From: Isurus oxyrinchus
Lineage: Eukaryota
Assembly (NCBI GenBank): GCA_026770705.1
Contig: JANJGN010000152.1
Location: 124,001 to 188,000, forward strand
Reading direction: 5' to 3'
DNA: 64,000 bases
Numbering within the stretch: the first letter of the stretch is position 1; each line of letters opens with the position of its first letter. The notes below the pieces were generated by a model. The model had not been told where the DNA came from, did no database searches, and saw only the letters and a program-made list of their open reading frames with translations. Of the stretch, positions 24,213 through 37,333 are shown piece after piece. Made by a program: the position numbers and the translations under genes.

Positions 24213-24684
24213 GGTTTTTTTACAGTGACTGCCGCCTTTCCTCTCAGTGTGAGGCTTTATCACACAGTAATACACAGCGGTATCCGCGCTCTCTGTCTTC
24301 GTATTAAGCAATTGGCCCCGTTTGTCCGCAGTGGAAAGTTTCAATTCGAATCGGCCATTGCTCTCTTTGCCAGCCGATATTCGCTTTATTATCCATCCGA
24401 GCCCCATTACAGGATTTCTGTTTGTGATAGTACATTCCGTCAGTGCTGGACCTGTCATAGCTGCTTTTTATCTGCACCAAATCCTCTGGACTGTTTTCGC
24501 TGTGGGAAACTGGGACACTTGTTCCAAGCGACACTGACCTGCAAAGACATTCAGGCAATGAGACATTGGAGCAACGCGAGTATAAATAGACACTCTTTGC
24601 AGGTGACAGCATAAACCCCTAATGCTTGCAAGTTAGCAGCACTGGAATGGCAGGGAGTAGATTCATTTGCACTGTGTAATGCAT
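24213..24684 (-). pseudogene. TCR alpha-like V pseudogene, family C
   Basis: Leader from ATG 24684 lacks a donor. Exon 24252-24538 frameshifted; FR3 GRFELKLSTADKRGQLL...DTAVYYCVIK. RSS CACACTG, 23 bp, AAAAAAACC. Confidence 0.9.
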
Positions 24685-24797
24685 CCTTGCAATTAAACTG
24701 TCAGGATGAAAAGGAAGCCCAGCTCAGATCAGCAGAGCACGGAGCGTCTGAACGACGCCAATAGTCGGTTAATGTAACAGCCAGAGATAAGGTTTCA

Positions 24798-24826
24798 GTC
24801 ACGTGGTTTTGCTGCTCTTGGATTGG
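24798..24826 (-). promoter_or_regulatory. Family-C promoter module: E-box GTCACGTG plus CCAAT
   Basis: The same pair lies ~115-150 bp upstream of the ATG in all four family-C genes (24798, 30562, 41135, 47120). Confidence 0.65.
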
Positions 24827-26913
24827 AGGGAAATAGACTTTGTTCTCCTAACGGAAGGATGTTGTTTTTGACCCCCTGCTCCTTTGGCAATTGGTTCACA
24901 ACAGATCATGTCAATTGTCGAAGCGCCAGGAATTTCCTTCACTCCTTGTGGTGAGAAGTGAGTGGAACACAACAAATTTGTGGCTCTGACTCTCTAAAGG
25001 GACAAATTTGGCCCCCGGGTCTTTGTAATCATTTGAAACTCTGTGCAAGGATTGTCGTAATGAATGAAGGCAGCCCGTTGTTAAAATTGTCAATCCTTGT
25101 GCTGGAATTGTACATCCAGACTCCCATAGCTGTTAGATTTCTGAAAATGGTTCGGGACAGAATTGAAGGAGAAACGCATTGGCGCTTTTCGGTAATTCCT
25201 CATACATCGGTGTACAGCTGCTGGGAGCATTGCCTATGGAGCTGGTTCATACCCTCACACCTAGGGCGAGGGATAGGACGGGTTCTAGATAACAGGAAGG
25301 GACCAAAAGCTGGGTATGAAAGTCTTCCTTCGCAGCCTTTACACAAATTAGCCAAGAATGTGATGCAGGAAAAGAAACCAAATGCAGGACGGTGCCAGTT
25401 TATCATTTCCCTTTCAACTTTGATCCCCAGCAAAGACAGGGCTGATGCGATGTGGCAAAAAAAAAGTTTTTTCACACAGCGAGCAGTTAAAGTTTAGGGT
25501 TCACAGCCTGGAATTGCGGTGGGGGCAGGTTCGATTGGGGCAATGAAGACGACATTGAGTGTTTATTTAAAGGGAAGCAATGTGCAGGTTTATGGGGAAA
25601 AGACAGCAGATTGTCACTAAGTTCAAATGCTCAGAGATCCGTTGTAGATACAATGATATCAGATATCTGCTGTTTAGAACTTTTACTGTTTTCTCTATCT
25701 TCCAGAGCAGGAGTTCCACTGCTCTGCCCATTGCCTGATATTGGACGGAATGCCTTTGATATGATGAAGGCGTCCGAGTGACGATTGTTGTCTGATATCT
25801 TTGAGGCATGAGTTCTCAATTCAGAGACAATTGGCAGATAAATATTCTTTTGAAATTTATCGTCCAGGGCCTCTTCCAAAGAACAAACATTCACTTCAGT
25901 TGCTCTCTGCTGCCTGTTCTGAGGAATGATCAGGTGTTGGTGGGCAGGGTGTGAGAAATTGTCTCTGTGTTCAATTGCTTGTCTGCACTTTCTCTTTAAG
26001 GGAGCTCTGGTGGAACGGCACATGGCTCATATTCGGGTCAGAAATAAAGGGTTTGCATCGTCAAATTAAGGACATTAAAATGAGGGAATGTATGGCATTG
26101 TAGATAAAGTGAGGGGTCTGGGGAAAAGATGAGACCTTCAAGCATGCAAAGAGCATCGATGGAGATGAGATGATTGAAGGTGCTACTGATGAATTTGTGA
26201 AGTTGATTTATACTTGAAATGGAAGTTGAAAATGTCATGTAATATGTTGGTGCTAGTGCACCTCGTGTGTGTCTCTTGAGTGCTTTGTTCTTTTAGCCCA
26301 TTAACAAGAGCCAGGTTACTCTCACTCTGCAGGTTGAATCACTTGTGCTGTTCCTCTTTACCGCTGTGAGAACTAATTGGAATTCCCAATGTGGGTCTCT
26401 TTCCCGGTAATTATCAGCTATAGTAAATCCAATCTGCGAGCGTTAATCACCTCTGCCGGCACATCAACCTGCCGTGTTTATATTGAGCATAAAAAGGCGG
26501 GATGATGATAAGTCCAAACATTTTAAAAGCTGCCCGTCTGTTAATTTGGACAAAGGCAACAGCAATGACATTAGTGTGAGATAAATTGACCTGCCAGTTT
26601 TTGTCTGCTGTGATCTCGGGATCAAACCCGTCGCTCAACAAAGCTGGTGATATTGAAAAAAGAGTGATGATTGGACAGGTTGTCTTCGGATATTCCTTTC
26701 CATGTCTGTCTGGCCGATCGGATTCTGCAGTTTGTTTGATTTTCCCGGCCGCTCCTAGGAACAGTTGGGTGCTGTTTGATCCGAGGTTAATGTGGTTTCC
26801 TCTCGCTGTGTGTATCTGAGCGGCTAAGAGCGCCGCTTCACATTCTAGCTTCATCTACCTGCGATTCTACCCAAACCCCAACAGACAGGAGCTCCATCTA
26901 ACAGTGCAAAGGC

Positions 26914-27415
26914 AGTTTTTGTACAGGGGTGAGACTGATTTTCATCACTGTGAGTCTCAAAGCGCAGTAATAAACGGCAGCGTCAGTCAGCTGCAGACCC
27001 GAGATGGTAAAACTGGTGAATTTAGTGGAGACCTGGAGCTCTACAGAGAAACGAGTTCTCGCAAATTCTGCCTTTTCCTCATAGTTACCGGCAGTCTTTC
27101 AAATTACAAATTCGGGCTCTGTGTCTGGGTGTTGTCGATAACAGTGCAATGTATAGCCACTCCTTGCAGTATCATAGTTAGTTTAAGGACACCTCTCATC
27201 CTTCTGTCTTAACATCCGATGAGATTGGCTGAGTGACGGAACCTCCATGAGTCCTGTCTGGAAAAAAAAAATAAAACAGAAAAATTAAGAGCGACAATTG
27301 ATTGAAATTTGATTGAAGCCATGCCTGTGAAATGAGATGAAAGATGAAATGTATTCCCTTCACTATTACCTGTCAGAATTGCTGCCCATACAACCCAGAT
27401 GCTGAGTAGCCGCAT
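26914..27415 (-). pseudogene. Family-A V pseudogene with consensus RSS
   Basis: Leader 27370-27415 MRLLSIWVVWAAILT|GTAATA. Exon 26953-27257 has stops, ends DAAVYYCALR. RSS CACAGTG, 23 bp, ACAAAAACT. Confidence 0.92.
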
Positions 27416-27946
27416 TGTCGCTGACCACCCTGTCTAAGAGCTGCTCGATATTTGAAGACGCCCTTTATAATCTACGCCCTCAACAATCGGTTGTCGTGTC
27501 TCAGGATGTTTACACCTCACTTCCTGTGTCCCCTCTTGTGTGGCGAGACCGGCAGGTTTTAAGAGAGAGCAGAGTAACTGCAATTGCCCTGACCTGAGCT
27601 GCACACACTATCCTTACACCCGGAATAGATCCGGGTTTTCCTGAGCAGCTGCTGTCCACCTGGACGTTATCGAGATGTTATTGGAACAGAAAAATGTTCC
27701 AGGCTTTCCGATGACGCAGAGTTATATTGCAGAGTAAGCGATAATTAGGCTGCAAAGTATATGGGGTGTTCAACTGTCTTTGCAAGAAAGTGATAAAGAG
27801 GAACATATTTCGAAGAAAAAATGTTATTTTCCTTGCCAAGAAGAATGGGGGAAATGAATTACTGTTTATTGTTTTGAAATGGTGGAATATATTACGTTTT
27901 TCTAATATGTTTTAACTCAATTTTCCGGGGCACCCTCTCTCGATGC

Positions 27947-28105
27947 NNNNNNNNNNNNNNNNNNNNNNNNNNNNNNNNNNNNNNNNNNNNNNNNNNNNNN
28001 NNNNNNNNNNNNNNNNNNNNNNNNNNNNNNNNNNNNNNNNNNNNNNNNNNNNNNNNNNNNNNNNNNNNNNNNNNNNNNNNNNNNNNNNNNNNNNNNNNNN
28101 NNNNN
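27947..28105. other. Assembly gap (159 N)
   Basis: Run of n. Confidence 1.
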
Positions 28106-28123
28106 CTGGGCACAGTCATAATC

Positions 28124-28191
28124 GCACACACACATACAGACACACACACACATGCAGACGCACGCAAACACACACACACACACACACACAC
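28124..28191. repeat. (CA)n microsatellite
   Basis: Imperfect CA repeat next to the gap. Confidence 0.95.
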
Positions 28192-28949
28192 CTTGAGTAA
28201 TCTACTCTCTGCTAGACACTGCCAGAGTCACATACACGACTTCGCATTTCTGAACCTTTATTGGTGAAGACTGAGGTGCTGGCATAGTGGTGTTGTAACT
28301 ACACTGGCGATTTAACAACCTGGTATAATGTCCAGGGTTCCAATCCCACCATGGCCAATAATGTAATTTGTATGCAATAACTTGCTCGAATTATCTGCAG
28401 GAGGAAACCATTGTCAATTGTTATGAAAACCCACCTGGTTCATAAATGGATATCCTGCAGGTGACACTAGACCCACGGCTACTTAGAGATGAGAATAGTC
28501 ATTCACTCACTCTTCATATTTCTCTGTAACCAGCAGCCAGTCTAACTATCAACTTTTATACTCCCATCCAAAGAATTTTGAGGTACAATGACAGATAATT
28601 ATGGCCATACATGGCAGGTCAGGAAGCGTCGGTGCAGTGCGAATCACAAATATGGTTTCATGTACGTGACATTTCATCTGAGCTCAGTTTGAGAAGTTGC
28701 AGATTTCTGGTGAAATGTCACAAACTGGAACCTTCACGCTATTTCTGGTTCTATTTCCAGCATTTTCTGTTTGTGCGTAGAATTTGGCTGCCTTTCTGCA
28801 GCTTTCCAAAAGAGAGGAGTGGGAAATGTCACCTGCAGGACAACCACAGGTGTGTTCTTTTAGATAAAGGTTACAATTTGGGACGGGAGTAAATTTGCTC
28901 ACATTGTGGGCACTTCAGTGTAAGCACGGATTTTACAGTTTAACGATAT

Positions 28950-29665
28950 TAATGAAGTGAGAGATCTTGGCGTACTGAAGGCAGCAGTTCAAGTGGACAG
29001 GATTGTAACGAAGACATATAGAGCGCTTTCCTCCATTGGCAGAGGTATAGAATATAAAAGTAAGGATATGTTGTTTGAATTGCATAAATCCCTGGTGCGG
29101 CCACAACTGGAGTATTGTTTGCAGTGCTGGGCACCACATTACAAGAAGGGCGTAATAGCTTTGGAGAGAGTGCAGAGGAGGTTCACAGGAATGTTGCCAG
29201 AGTTAGAAAAGGGTAGCTGCGAGGAGAGATTGGATAGGTTGGGGTTATTTTCCTTAGATCAAAGAAGGCTGAGAGGTGACTTGATTGAGGTGTACAAAAT
29301 TATGAGAGGAATAGATAAAGTGGACAGGATAAAGTTTTTTCCTTGATGGGGAATTCCAGAATCTGGGAACATAGATTCAAGATAAGTGGCAGAAGGTGTA
29401 GGGGGGACATGAAGTGGAACTGTTTACGCAGAGCGTAGTGGGTGTCTGGAATTCGCAGCCCAATTTGGTGGTACAGACAGAAACTTTAAACCCTTTTATA
29501 AAGTACCTGGATCGGCACCTAAAGTGCTGTAAGCTGCAGGGCTATGGGCCGGGTGCAGGAATGTGGGATGAGAACGGGCACCTTGGTGTCTTCGGGCAGG
29601 CATGGACAAGATGGGCCGAATGGCCTCCTTCTTTGCTGTAAGTTTTCCATGGTTCTATGGTTCTA
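28950..29665 (+). mobile_element. CR1 3' fragment
   Basis: ORF 28957-29346 RDLGV...LVRPQLEYC...ALERVQRRFT...RRLRGDLIEVYKI; ends in ttctatgg repeats. Confidence 0.92.
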
Positions 29666-29967
29666 ATTTTCTTTAAGAATAATCACACAACAGCATAAGA
29701 TAAAGACTCAAGATCTCTCTCGGTTCCCTGGGACCCAATCAGACAGTGAAGCAAAGACCGCACTGACCAACTGTCCCCTCAGTCCGACACTATCTGCTGT
29801 GACCGTCAGTATCTCTGATCAAAGCCCCTCTCTAATGGGATTTACTAGACATCCCGCGGCAGCCCTGCCCGTCTCTCCCGTTAGACGCTCATGCTCTGAG
29901 CCGCCTGGCCCGCCTTGTGTTATCAGAGAGATTGCTGCCGCTCTCCCGGAACTGTAACCAGGAGCGA

Positions 29968-30442
29968 GGTTTTTATACAGCGACTGCCGCGTTTTGTCTC
30001 AGTGTGGAGCTCAGCCGCACAGTAATAAACCGCGGCATCGGCGTCCTCAGTGTCTACAATCAGCAATTGGCCGCGTTTCTCCGACTTGGAAAGATTCAGT
30101 TCCAATCGCCCGTTTCTGTATTTGGTATCCGATACTCGCCAGAAAATCCACTCCAGTCCCTGATCGGATTTCCGTCTGTACCAATGCATCGCGTAAAAGT
30201 CAGACACCTCGTAGCTGCAGTCCATTTGCACCGAATACCCGCTCTCGACTGTTTCCGAAGCGGAAGATTGAAGCACACGGTCCGAGAGACATCGATCTGG
30301 AAAAATATTAAGGTATGAAACACTGGAACAGCGAAATTAATAATGAAAAACTCACTCTGGGTTATCGGGTATTTGTCCTGTACGTATCTGTTTGCATCGC
30401 CAGAATGACGGATAATAGTTTTAACTGTGCAGCAAAACACAT
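29968..30442 (-). pseudogene. Family-C V, V exon intact but leader donor GT>AT
   Basis: Leader 30388-30442 MCFAAQLKLLSVILAMQT|ATACGT (paralogue has GTAGGT). Exon 30007-30296 DRVLQS...MDCSYEVSDFYAMHWYR...AVYYCAAE. RSS CACACTG, 23 bp, ATAAAAACC. Confidence 0.9.
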
Positions 30443-31105
30443 GTTTGCTCTGAGAATGTCAATAGAAAAACCGGACACAGTTCACAACAGAAGGAAAAGA
30501 ATCAGGTGAAGAGTTTAAAATGTTGGCTGATTAAAGTCAATGATGGATATTTAAAGTCTAGGTCACGTGTTTATTTTTCCCGCTCCTCATTGGCTGGAAG
30601 TGGATATTGTTCCCCGGATATAAGGAGGCGGTTTGTTGGTCCGCTGCTCATTTCTCCCGTGGTTCACGTCTGAACCTATCACTTTGTCTGAAGACCAGCT
30701 GCGGATGGAGGCAATTGAGGGGAAGCATATTTCTTTAAGAAATTCACCATCTTAAGCGACCAACCTGACACTGGATGTTCGAATCCAGTGGAAAATGCCC
30801 TGACAGAATTAGTGAGTTCCCGAGGGACTGTACCTCAGTACACCGTTAAGGCAGCCCAAAGAGCCATTCCCTAGCAGAATGTGTGGAGCCTGTGGACTTG
30901 TACCACATAAAGTTTGACACACTCACCATGGTTTATGCACACCTTTCCCGGCAGGGTGGGTGGGCTCGAAGATACTCTACCTACCAAGAGAGTCAACACA
31001 TTCAGTAGAATATTGTTATCATTTTCTTTTAGGATGGGTGAAGCCTGTGGAAAGCAGCTTCCACAATAGTATCTGTGTAGGGACTGGCTGATGGGAACCC
31101 GCAGA

Positions 31106-31306
31106 GGGCATTCTTTGGGCGCGCTCAGCCTTTGTCTCACCATGTCTCACTGCACACTAAACACTCCAATGGCTGATGCCGCAATGTCCCCAATACTGAG
31201 AATGTCATAACTTTTCCTTCGGTGAAGATAGAGCCTGGACAGCTCCGTCATTGCTGCGCTCCCAGATATGATGAATCCCGGGCCATGGTTTTGTACTTGT
31301 CTGTAC
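31106..31306 (-). pseudogene. 3' half of a family-E V relic
   Basis: YRQVQNHGPGFIISG...RKSYDILSI...CAVR followed by degenerate heptamer CATGGTG (31138-31144); paralogue of 47720. Confidence 0.65.
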
Positions 31307-31317
31307 ATTTTACAAGG

Positions 31318-31549
31318 TAAAGAAAAGAGGTGGCAAACGCCCAGGAGGAAATGCAATGCATGTAACACAAACTGTTTACGTCAACATAGGTTCACCGGTC
31401 AGCACAGTGATTATAATCAGAATTAAACACATGGAGCAGATGATGACTGCTTTAGATTTCATAGCAGCATAAGAGAGCGATTTCAATATGCTGATCGTGC
31501 CGGGCAGGTATAGAATAGTAAACACAGCGAGGGTCAGGCTTCGCTTCAT
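31318..31549 (-). pseudogene. Orphan leader plus intron (paralogue of the 19468 V; V exon deleted)
   Basis: MKRSLTLAVFTILYLP from ATG 31549; intron aligns with 19255-19430. Confidence 0.65.
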
Positions 31550-32357
31550 GAGAGAAGAGAGGAATTTTCCATGGGCATGATTGACTTGTTCCTGACACTG
31601 ACGTCAACTGAACACCAATCACTGTTACTTTTTTACTTCATTCATGGAGTGTGAGCTTTGCTGGCTGGGCCAGCATTTATTGCCCGTCCCTAATTGCCCT
31701 TGAGAAAGTGGTGGTGAGTTGCCTTCTTCAAGTACTGCTGTCCATGTGGTGTGGGTACACCCACAATGCTGTTAGGAAGGGAGTTCCAGGATTTTGATGC
31801 AGTGACAGTGTAGGAACTGGCACAGAAATTACTTCCATCGCGCTGTGAACTCTTTCCTTTACTGTTTTACTCCTTTGCCGCTGTCCCGCTCTGTTGCTCT
31901 ACATCTCTCTGCCTCCTTTCTTTTGCCTTTCCTGTCGTCCTGTCAAACTCAGTTTCTCTATTGATGGACAGTTTGATCGACCCATGGTAAACCTGAAAAT
32001 TGAAGCGATTCCAATTACGCTGACGCCTGGTATGATTGAATATTCCTCCGTCTTTGAGCACCATTAATAGCTACAGTCATACTGCCACCAAGAATATCTT
32101 AAGTGAACGCATCGGTCTAATTGGAATGGAGATTCACTGAGGTTAAGTTTGTAACAGAACAGCAAGCTGATTCCAGGTGTCAATATGTCTATCCATGCAC
32201 CAGCAGCCATCTCACGGCCGAACGGTCTCGCAGCACCACTGGGGAGGCAAGGAGGTGAGGGGGGAGCGCCTGAGACACTGAGAGCAAATGATTGTGGGTG
32301 AGGATTAGATCGGGTGACTTTAAATATCGAACTCCCTTTCCAGAGGATGCGAAGAGG

Positions 32358-32800
32358 ATGCGGTTACTCAGAATCTGGATTGTGTGGGCAACATTTCTGA
32401 CAGGTATTTACTGATTCAGCACATTCTAATCAGAGGGACAGTAGGAACGTGGGTAATAGCACTGAGTCATAATGCTCATTGATGGGCCGAATGGCCGCTC
32501 TCTACTACCGCGTCTTAACAACTTCTACAGCCGCTGGCCGCTCACATCTAGACAGGAGGAGAAGGGGTAACTTTAAACTGCACCAGGACTCTGCATTGAC
32601 AGTCCGGATATTATTCCGGCAGCTGAATGAGCCAGACACGCAGCCTGACTTCATCCCGTGGATGGTTGCATAGGGTCATGATTGCAAAACAGATCCTGCT
32701 AAAACACGATTCTCTACCGAGATTCAGGCAGTGGCTGAATCCACCATCCTAACCATTACGAGTCTGTCACTGACAAACGCTGCCGTGTCTTCCAGCACTC
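32358..32800 (+). pseudogene. Family-A V pseudogene truncated by CR1 (duplicate of 20249)
   Basis: Leader 32358-32403 MRLLRIWIVWATFLT|GTATTT; stops in the V; ...AESTILTITSLSLTNAAV then LINE. Confidence 0.82.
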
Positions 32801-33174
32801 GCACTTCAAATCTATGCCCTCTCGCCCTTAATCCATTTACGAATGGGAACCATTTCTCCTTATTTACTATGTCCAGTCCCCTCACCATTTTGAACACCTC
32901 TTTCAAATCTTCTCTTGGCCTTCTCCTCTCTAATGAGAACAGTCCCAATCTCGTCAATCTATCTTCATGGTTAACTTTTCTCATCCCTGGAACCATTCTT
33001 CTAAACCTCTTCCGCACTGTCTCCAATACGTTCACATCCTTCCTATAGTGTGGCCTCCAGAACTGTGCCCAATATTCCAGCTGACGTCAAATTAGTGTCT
33101 TATTAAAACTCAGCATAATCTCCTTGCTCTTGTACTTTTATTTTGAATTGTCTCTCCATGTTTTTCCTATCAAA
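32801..33174 (-). mobile_element. CR1 3' fragment (same insertion as 20709)
   Basis: ORF 32724-33035 LETVRKRFRRMVPG...RLGLFSLERRR...RGHRFE. Confidence 0.88.
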
Positions 33175-33588
33175 CTGCAGGGGTGAAAGGCCTCATTCTG
33201 TGTTGTAACTGCGCTGGGATTCTATGACTGTATCGGGATTACTTATCATTATTATCATGACTATCATTTCATCTTCTGAAGCAACATCATCACCGTGAGC
33301 GAAGGAGACAGTGTACAGTTGGATTGTAATTATACAACGACAAGCAGCAACCCTGAGATATTCTGGTACCCTCAGCATGCTAGCAGATCCATGGAGTATC
33401 TGCAGCGGAGGCATAGATACAGCGAGAACACAGAGCGGTTCCCGGGGGACCGTTTTGCAATGGATTCTGATTATGTGAAGGACACCGTCCCCCTGAATGT
33501 TTCTAAAACAGAACTGAGACTCTGTGGTGTATCACAGCGCACTGAGGCCCACAAAAACACCAAACTGGGCCGAACCTCTACAAAAACT
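33175..33588 (+). pseudogene. TCR alpha-like V pseudogene
   Basis: SEGDSVQLDCNYTTTSSNPEIFWYPQH...DRFAMD...VPLNVSKTEL, then frameshift; broken leader. RSS CACAAAA (33550-33556), 23 bp, ACAAAAACT. Confidence 0.88.
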
Positions 33589-33908
33589 GTCGCTCATCAT
33601 AGCAACGCCTTAGCAATCATTGTGATCAGTGATGAGTCTGAATCATCACTGAAAATGGTGATATCTCACAATTTTAATTTTAATATAATTTATTTTAACA
33701 TCCTTTATCCTTAATAAATATATTATTAAACTATCCATAGGAGGGAAGTTTAGCGAATGAAAGTAGAATACTTCTATAACGTCTTTCATGATGTCCACCG
33801 TGTTTCACTGTCACTGTTCTAACGTAATGTAGGAAATGGAGCAGCCAATTTGACCCCCGCATGATCTTCCAATCTGTAATAATTAATGGACTGCCTGGTT
33901 ATGTTTTA

Positions 33909-34915
33909 ATTCATTCATGGGATATGGGCACTGCTTGCTCAGGAGTTTGTATTGTCCATTCCTTATTGCCCTTGAGATGGTGATGGTGATTCCCCTCCTT
34001 GAACCGCTGCAGTCCATGTTTTATAGGTATACCCTGTGTTGTTAAGGAGGGCGCTCCAGGGTTTTGACCTAGAGACAGTGAAGTGATGGCGATATATTTC
34101 AAAGTCAGGATGGTGAGCGGCTTGAAGGGAAATTTATAGGTGGTGTTCCCTCATGTCTGTTGCACTTGCCCTTCTTGGTCGCAGTGGCTGAGGGTTTGGA
34201 TGGAACTCCCTAAGGAGCCTTCGTGAATTCCTACAGTGCATCTTGTAGATGGTACACACTGATGATACTGTGTGTCGGTGGTGGAGGGAGTGAATGTTTG
34301 TGGATGTGGTGCCATTCAAGTAGGCTGCTTTGTCTTGGATGGTGTCGAGCTTCTTGGGTGTTGTGGGAGCTGTACTCATCCAGACAACTGGAGAATGTTC
34401 CATCCAACTCCTTACTTGTGCCTTGCAGATGGTGGACAGGTTGGGGGAGGAAGGAGATTTGTCTTTCGGCAGAGGATTCCTAACCTGTGCCCTGCTCTTG
34501 TAGCCACAGTATTCATTTGCCTAGACCAATTCAGTTCCTTGTCAATGGCCACCCCAAGATTGTTGATAGTGGAGGATTCAGTGGTGGTAATGACATTGAA
34601 TATCAAGGGGCTATGTTGGAGATGGTTATTGCCTGTGCTTGTGTTGTGTGAATGTTATTTGCCACTTGTCAGCCCAAGCCTAGGTGTGGTCCAGATCTCG
34701 CTGCATTTGGACATGGACTGCCTCAGTACCTAAGGATTCGTAAATGGTGCTGAACACTGTGCAGTTATCCGCAAAATATCTCCACTTCTGACCTTATGAT
34801 GGAAAGAAGGTCATTGATGAAACAACTGAAGATGTTTTAGCCTAGGACACTACGCTGAGGAGCTCCTGCAGTGATGCCATCGAACTCAGATAGTTGACCT
34901 TAAACAACCACAGCC
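33909..34915 (-). mobile_element. CR1/L2-group LINE 3' fragment inserted in a Deu-type SINE
   Basis: ORFs 34134-34403 (KKLDTIQDKAA...IHSLHHRHTV...IYKMHC) and 34412-34606 (LGVAIDKELNWS); 3' tail shared with the SINE at 15887. Confidence 0.85.
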
Positions 34916-35826
34916 ATTTCAGTGACAGTGATTGGTGGAGAAATATTATCCAGGCCAATTCCCCTTCTCTCCTTCAAAATGGTGCTCGTGTCCAAGTAGC
35001 TGGTGTTCTCGGTTTTACATCTCAACCGAAAGCGGGCCCCTCTGATGGTGCACCATCCTCTGAGGACTAAGCTGAAGTATCAGTATAGATCCTGTGGGTC
35101 AGTACTCTAGATAGGGGCAGAATCATGAAACATCTTCTTCAGAGGGGATCGGGCGAATAACTGACAAGTAGTGTTTGCAGAATGGTCTTTGTGTTATTAT
35201 GCATGTGCACCATTCTGCAAATGACTACATAGTAAAACTATACACCCTCAGGTAAATGAGTACAAATATTTCATAATGGTGATCAGGCTGTTGACTGACA
35301 TATGGCGCGGAGTGGCCTCTCGGAGCCTCGATCACTGGCCCTCCCTGATCAGGAAGCCAGGGGCTCCTCAGTAAATTCCCAGATTGTTGTTTCCGACAGA
35401 TTACGGGTGTCCCGTTGAGCGGACATTATCTGTGAACAGACTGAAGCCAGAATCCAGGTAATCCCAGGGCGTGATCAACACAATCCCGGAAAAAGGATTG
35501 AAAAAAAGTGAAGGAAAAAAGTACCGCTCCCCCTGGAAACAGGGGGCCATTAAATTTTACCCCTGGAATCAAATCTCACTCGGAAAGAGAAATCGCCTTT
35601 CACAGACTCAAGATGTCCAACCCAAGGGAGCATGTTTCCAATGTAGTCAATGTTGTGATGTTAATAATATTATTTACACAGGTGACAGTACAAATGTTTA
35701 ATTCTCTGTCAGGAAGGATTGTCACTCTGACCCTTGTGAATTTTGGAGTCCATGTACTTTCCAGATACTTTGAAGTTGCGTCCACCAGTAACCAAAACAT
35801 TTCGGCACGAAAAGCTGGATTGGCCT

Positions 35827-35870
35827 TTCTCTGTCTGTCCCTCTGTCTCTATCTCTCTATCTCTCTCTGA

Positions 35871-35901
<31 letters not shown>
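35827..35901. repeat. (CT)n microsatellite
   Basis: Direct inspection. Confidence 0.95.
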
Positions 35902-35904
<3 letters not shown>

Positions 35905-36131
35905 GTGATAAACTATTACTTCGGACTACGCAGTGACATTGGACCATGGAATATAATGATTTATAGGGCTCAGTCTCTAAATCTGTTGTGTAATTCACCG
36001 ATAGATTCTTGCCCTATGTACACTATTGTTTACAGTAACGTGTCACGGTGCCAGAATATTTCCTGTAATCCGCTGCTGTCACCCGTCAGAGCAGTGAACT
36101 TGGTAAGTTTTCTCCAAAGATAAGGTTATGG

Positions 36132-36147
36132 AGCGCCATCTAGTGGA
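36132..36147 (-). promoter_or_regulatory. CTCF-consensus motif
   Basis: TCCACTAGATGGCGCT on the minus strand. Confidence 0.7.
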
Positions 36148-37015
36148 ACCTTGTCTGTAAAGCAACGGCTTTCAATGTATTCTCGAATATTGCTTCATGA
36201 TATTGCTGCATCATTATTCTGCCACATTATTATGTTGTTTATGGCTTTGGTTTTATTCTTACTGCAATTTCTCTCTTTTCATTGTTTTTCTCCTGCTACC
36301 TTTACTAATTAATATTCCTTCCTAGATTATTTGCTTGCTTTCCTACGTGCCTAGGTCATTAAGAAGGGCGTGTTCATTTGCATAGATTACTTTCTTGCTC
36401 ATAAATTCATAAATCCGGAACCGATGAGGTTTTGATTGTTCATTTCCGAAGAATGTAAGGCTGGAGTGCACCCTAATCATCAAATAACGATGTCAATCAA
36501 ATTTCAGGATGCCAAGTATATACGATCATGGGAAATAGGAGCTGCAGTCGGCCTGTCGGCCCTTGAGGCCTGCTCCGCCATTAAATAAGGTCAAGGCTGA
36601 TCTGATTGTAAACTCCCACCTACCCCCTGTTACGTTTTACTCCCTTGTTTATCAAAAGCCGATCTACCTCTGCCTTGAAAACATTCGAAGTCTCTGCTTC
36701 TCCTGCCCTTTGAGGAAGGGAGATTCAAAGACTCACTACTTTCTGAGAGAAAAAAAATGTCTTCTCATCTCTGTTTTAAATGGGAGACCCCTTATTTTGA
36801 AACAGTGATCCGTAGTTCTAGATTCGCCTACAAGAGGAAAGATCCTTTCCATGTATCATTTTTTGTACAGTGTTCATCTGTATGTTATATCATTATAAAT
36901 AATAAAAATATTTTCATTCCATTTAATTACTCGTATGATCAATTTCTTTTTTGCAGAATCGCTGTCGCTTATAAGGCCAATGTGCTAATTGTCTTCCCAG
37001 TCCCCATGTCGAATT

Positions 37016-37333
37016 AGTTCCAGTAGAGCCTCCTCACCTCCTTGCCTCCCAGTGTTTAACGGCATTGTACTGCACCGCAGCATCTGAGAACTGAACCGAG
37101 TGAACGATGAGAGTAGTACAGCCTTTTTCACGGTCCATAGGTAATTTAACTCTTTCCTCAACTCTTTCATTACTGAATATGGGGACGAGATGCTCGGCAG
37201 CTAAATTGGAGAATTGCCGGTACAGGAATGTAAGCTCATTTACAGCAAAAGTAGTTATGTTGAGGCAAAATGGTTGTCATTGCGTTCCCGATAAATCAAT
37301 ATCTGATTTTTTTCTCCTAATGACAAGGAGTAG
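37016..37333 (-). pseudogene. Highly degenerate V relic
   Basis: FC...LYRQFSNLAAEHLV...MDREKGCTTLIVHSVQFSDAAVQYNAVK; RSS-like CACTGGG, 23 bp, ACTGGAACT. Confidence 0.7.

Noticed and set aside
35613-36060. Leader-like exon, acceptor and CACGGTG heptamer
   Set aside because: No V framework motifs and no nonamer at 12 or 23 bp.
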